Source: an uncultured Erysipelotrichaceae bacterium
Lineage (GTDB): Bacteria; Bacillota_I; Bacilli_A; RFN20; CAG-826
Length of the DNA: 50,352 bases
Direction: 5' to 3'
Assembly: GCA_902796125.1 (NCBI GenBank)
Contig: CADBNT010000003.1
Span: forward strand, 1-50,352
Both the position numbers and the translations under genes were made by a program. The notes under the pieces were generated by a model. It did not search any database, was not told the origin of the DNA, and was given only the letters and a program-made list of their open reading frames with translations. Within the stretch, counting starts at the first letter, position 1, and each line of letters starts with the position of its first letter. Of the stretch, positions 48,709-50,352 are shown piece after piece.

Positions 48709-48784
48709 GGGCCAATAGCTCAGTTGGGAGAGCGCATCGTTCGCAACGATGAGGTCGTCGGTTCGATCCCGATTTGGTCCACCA
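48709..48784 (+). tRNA. tRNA-Ala(CGC)
   Basis: 76-nt cloverleaf: acceptor GGGCCAA/TTGGTCC with G3:U70, D stem GCTC/GAGC, anticodon arm CATCG-TTCGCAA-CGATG, T loop TTCGATC, A73, encoded CCA. Confidence 0.97.
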
Positions 48785-48868
48785 ATAAAAAAACTACTTG
48801 TGTCGTTGTCCAAAGTCACTTATTCGAAGTTGGTTAAAAACATCCATCTGATTAGGACACACATAAGA

Positions 48869-48905
48869 CATAAAGAGATCTATCGAAAGATAGGTCTTTT
48901 TTATG
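48869..48905 (+). terminator. Intrinsic terminator of the tRNA transcript
   Basis: AAAGAGATCTATC-GAAA-GATAGGTCTTTTTT. Confidence 0.9.
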
Positions 48906-48958
48906 ATTTGGTATTTTATTTCTCGTGTTACAATAATTAAAAATAAGGAGATTTGTTT

Positions 48959-50191
48959 ATGCCTAAATTGCCTAAATTTCTCGAGGTAAAAGAAGATGAT
49001 ACCGAAGAGGAAAAGAAGAAAAAGAAATTTCTTTTAATTTTATTCATCATTTTATTCTTTTTAGTATTTGCTGGAATTGTTATTGGCATCATTTTTGGTG
49101 TTAGATCATGTAGCCAGCAAAAAGGTGGTGATCCTACAACTGCTCAAACATCCGAATCTACCACTCAAACAACTGACACAAGTGGCTCTTCTGAACCGGT
49201 TGTTACTGATTATATAAAATATGCTCTTAATAGTGATGGTTTATCTTATAAAGTTATCGGTCTAGTCGAACCTCATCCTGCAGATATTGAGGTGCCAGCA
49301 ACATATTCTGGACTTCCTGTAACAAGGTTAGGGTCACAATCATTTGGTAGTGATTACGCAGTTAAAACAGTCACACTCCCAGATTCAGTAACTTTTATTG
49401 AGTACCACACATTTTACAATTGCAAAAACTTAGAGTCTATTACTTTGTCTAATTCTCTTGAGGAAATTGAATTCAGTGCTTTTATTTACTGTTCTTCTTT
49501 AAAAACTGTTACGTTACCGGAATCGGTTACAAAAATAGGAGACTGCGTTTTTGGCATGTGTACTTCTTTAGAATCTGTAACACTGTCAAACAATATCACA
49601 TCCATTGGAAGCGATTGCTTCGAATATTGTTCTTCTTTAACCCAAATTACATTGCCTAATAATCTTACATCTTATGGAGGAGAAGCCTTTAAAAAATGCG
49701 ACAACTTACAACATTTTAATGAATATGATAACGGTTATTATTTAGGCAGCGAAAGCAATCCTTATATGCTTCTTTTTAAGGCTAAGGATGATTCACTCAC
49801 ATCAGTAAATATTAATAATAATTGTTTATTTGTTGAAGATTCCGCTTTCGAAGATTCTGATTTAGAGTCTGTCACCTTGCCAGATTCTGTTACATTTATT
49901 GGGGATTATTCTTTCCAGGCTTGTTACGATATAACATCAGTTACACTTTCTAATAATTTAACCCATATTGGAGACAGTGCATTTCACCACTGTTATAAGT
50001 TGACCTCTATTGCTATTCCTCATGCCGTTACTTATATCGGAAATTCAGCATTTGAATTATGCGAAGAACTTTCAACCATCACTTATGATGGTACATTAGA
50101 GGAATGGGAAGAAGTCGAGAAAAAGGGTGGATGGGCAGAAGAGTGTCTTGCTACAGTAGTGGTATGTAGTGACGGAAATGCTCCAATTTAG
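48959..50191 (+). CDS. BspA/TpLRR-type leucine-rich-repeat surface protein with N-terminal membrane anchor
   Basis: RBS AAGGAG-N8-ATG 48959; acidic/poly-Lys N-terminus, one TM, S/T linker, roughly 9 repeats of C..L.S.TLP.SV..IG..AF. Confidence 0.9.
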   Translation: MPKLPKFLEVKEDDTEEEKKKKKFLLILFIILFFLVFAGIVIGIIFGVRSCSQQKGGDPTTAQTSESTTQTTDTSGSSEPVVTDYIKYALNSDGLSYKVIGLVEPHPADIEVPATYSGLPVTRLGSQSFGSDYAVKTVTLPDSVTFIEYHTFYNCKNLESITLSNSLEEIEFSAFIYCSSLKTVTLPESVTKIGDCVFGMCTSLESVTLSNNITSIGSDCFEYCSSLTQITLPNNLTSYGGEAFKKCDNLQHFNEYDNGYYLGSESNPYMLLFKAKDDSLTSVNINNNCLFVEDSAFEDSDLESVTLPDSVTFIGDYSFQACYDITSVTLSNNLTHIGDSAFHHCYKLTSIAIPHAVTYIGNSAFELCEELSTITYDGTLEEWEEVEKKGGWAEECLATVVVCSDGNAPI

Positions 50192-50196
50192 GAATT

Positions 50197-50220
50197 AGAC
50201 TCCTTAGGGAGTCTTTTTCT
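50197..50220 (+). terminator. Intrinsic terminator
   Basis: AGACTCC-TTAG-GGAGTCT-TTTT. Confidence 0.85.
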
Positions 50221-50352
50221 TATTTGTACATCAACTTATTAGTTGGTGTTTGCGATGAATACGACAGCCCTAGCTAATAAGCGACAGGCTTTTTTGTTGT
50301 CTTCCCTTACCTGTTTCTTATTCTTATTATTTTTTAATTGTTCTGCAAAATA

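Noticed and set aside
48819-48868. SAM-I riboswitch (CTTAT...ATAAGA)
   Set aside because: No kink-turn P2 or GCAAC P3 core, too short, and not upstream of a Met gene.
48749-48940. 63-aa ORF
   Set aside because: Overlaps the tRNA and crosses a strong terminator.
50251-50285. Fluoride riboswitch (GCGATG...GCTAATAA)
   Set aside because: P1 and pseudoknot complementarity are missing.
48709-50352. Integrated element or DGR at the tRNA
   Set aside because: No integrase, reverse transcriptase, duplicated tRNA 3' end or adenine-specific repeat pair within the window.
1-50352. Genetic code 4 (Mollicute-like UGA=Trp)
   Set aside because: RF2 is present, several genes end in TGA (for example prfA, uvrB) and long ORFs are intact in code 11.

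Overview
AT-rich, gene-dense chromosomal segment read in genetic code 11 (UGA is a stop and prfB is present). Gene content and order suggest a reduced-genome member of the Bacilli (Erysipelotrichales/RFN20/RF39-like); this is inference. Most of the window is housekeeping: psuG, mscL, a DegV protein, tldD/pmbA, rpmE, metG, dnaX-ybaB-recR-tmk-holB-ricT-rsmI, prfA-prmC-tsaC-rpiB, comFA-comFC, secA-prfB (+1 frameshift)-uvrB, secG, pepS, a Y-family polymerase with a YolD partner, and tRNA-Ala(CGC). No CRISPR array, integrase, transposase or phage gene is recognisable. The most unusual items are: (1) a single 875-aa arginine decarboxylase-agmatine deiminase fusion followed by aguB, giving a two-gene arginine-to-putrescine pathway; (2) an SDR/epimerase fused to a DUF3810-like HExxH domain, divergent from an esterase across a perfect palindrome; (3) recurrent leaderless gene starts; (4) tandem Endonuclease-I lipoproteins with an RGGRGRGS motif; (5) a 56-aa double-CPVCG zinc-ribbon gene missing from the ORF track; (6) structured non-coding tracts after the tRNA and at the window end. 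All family calls come from reading motifs by eye; no database search or folding calculation was run.
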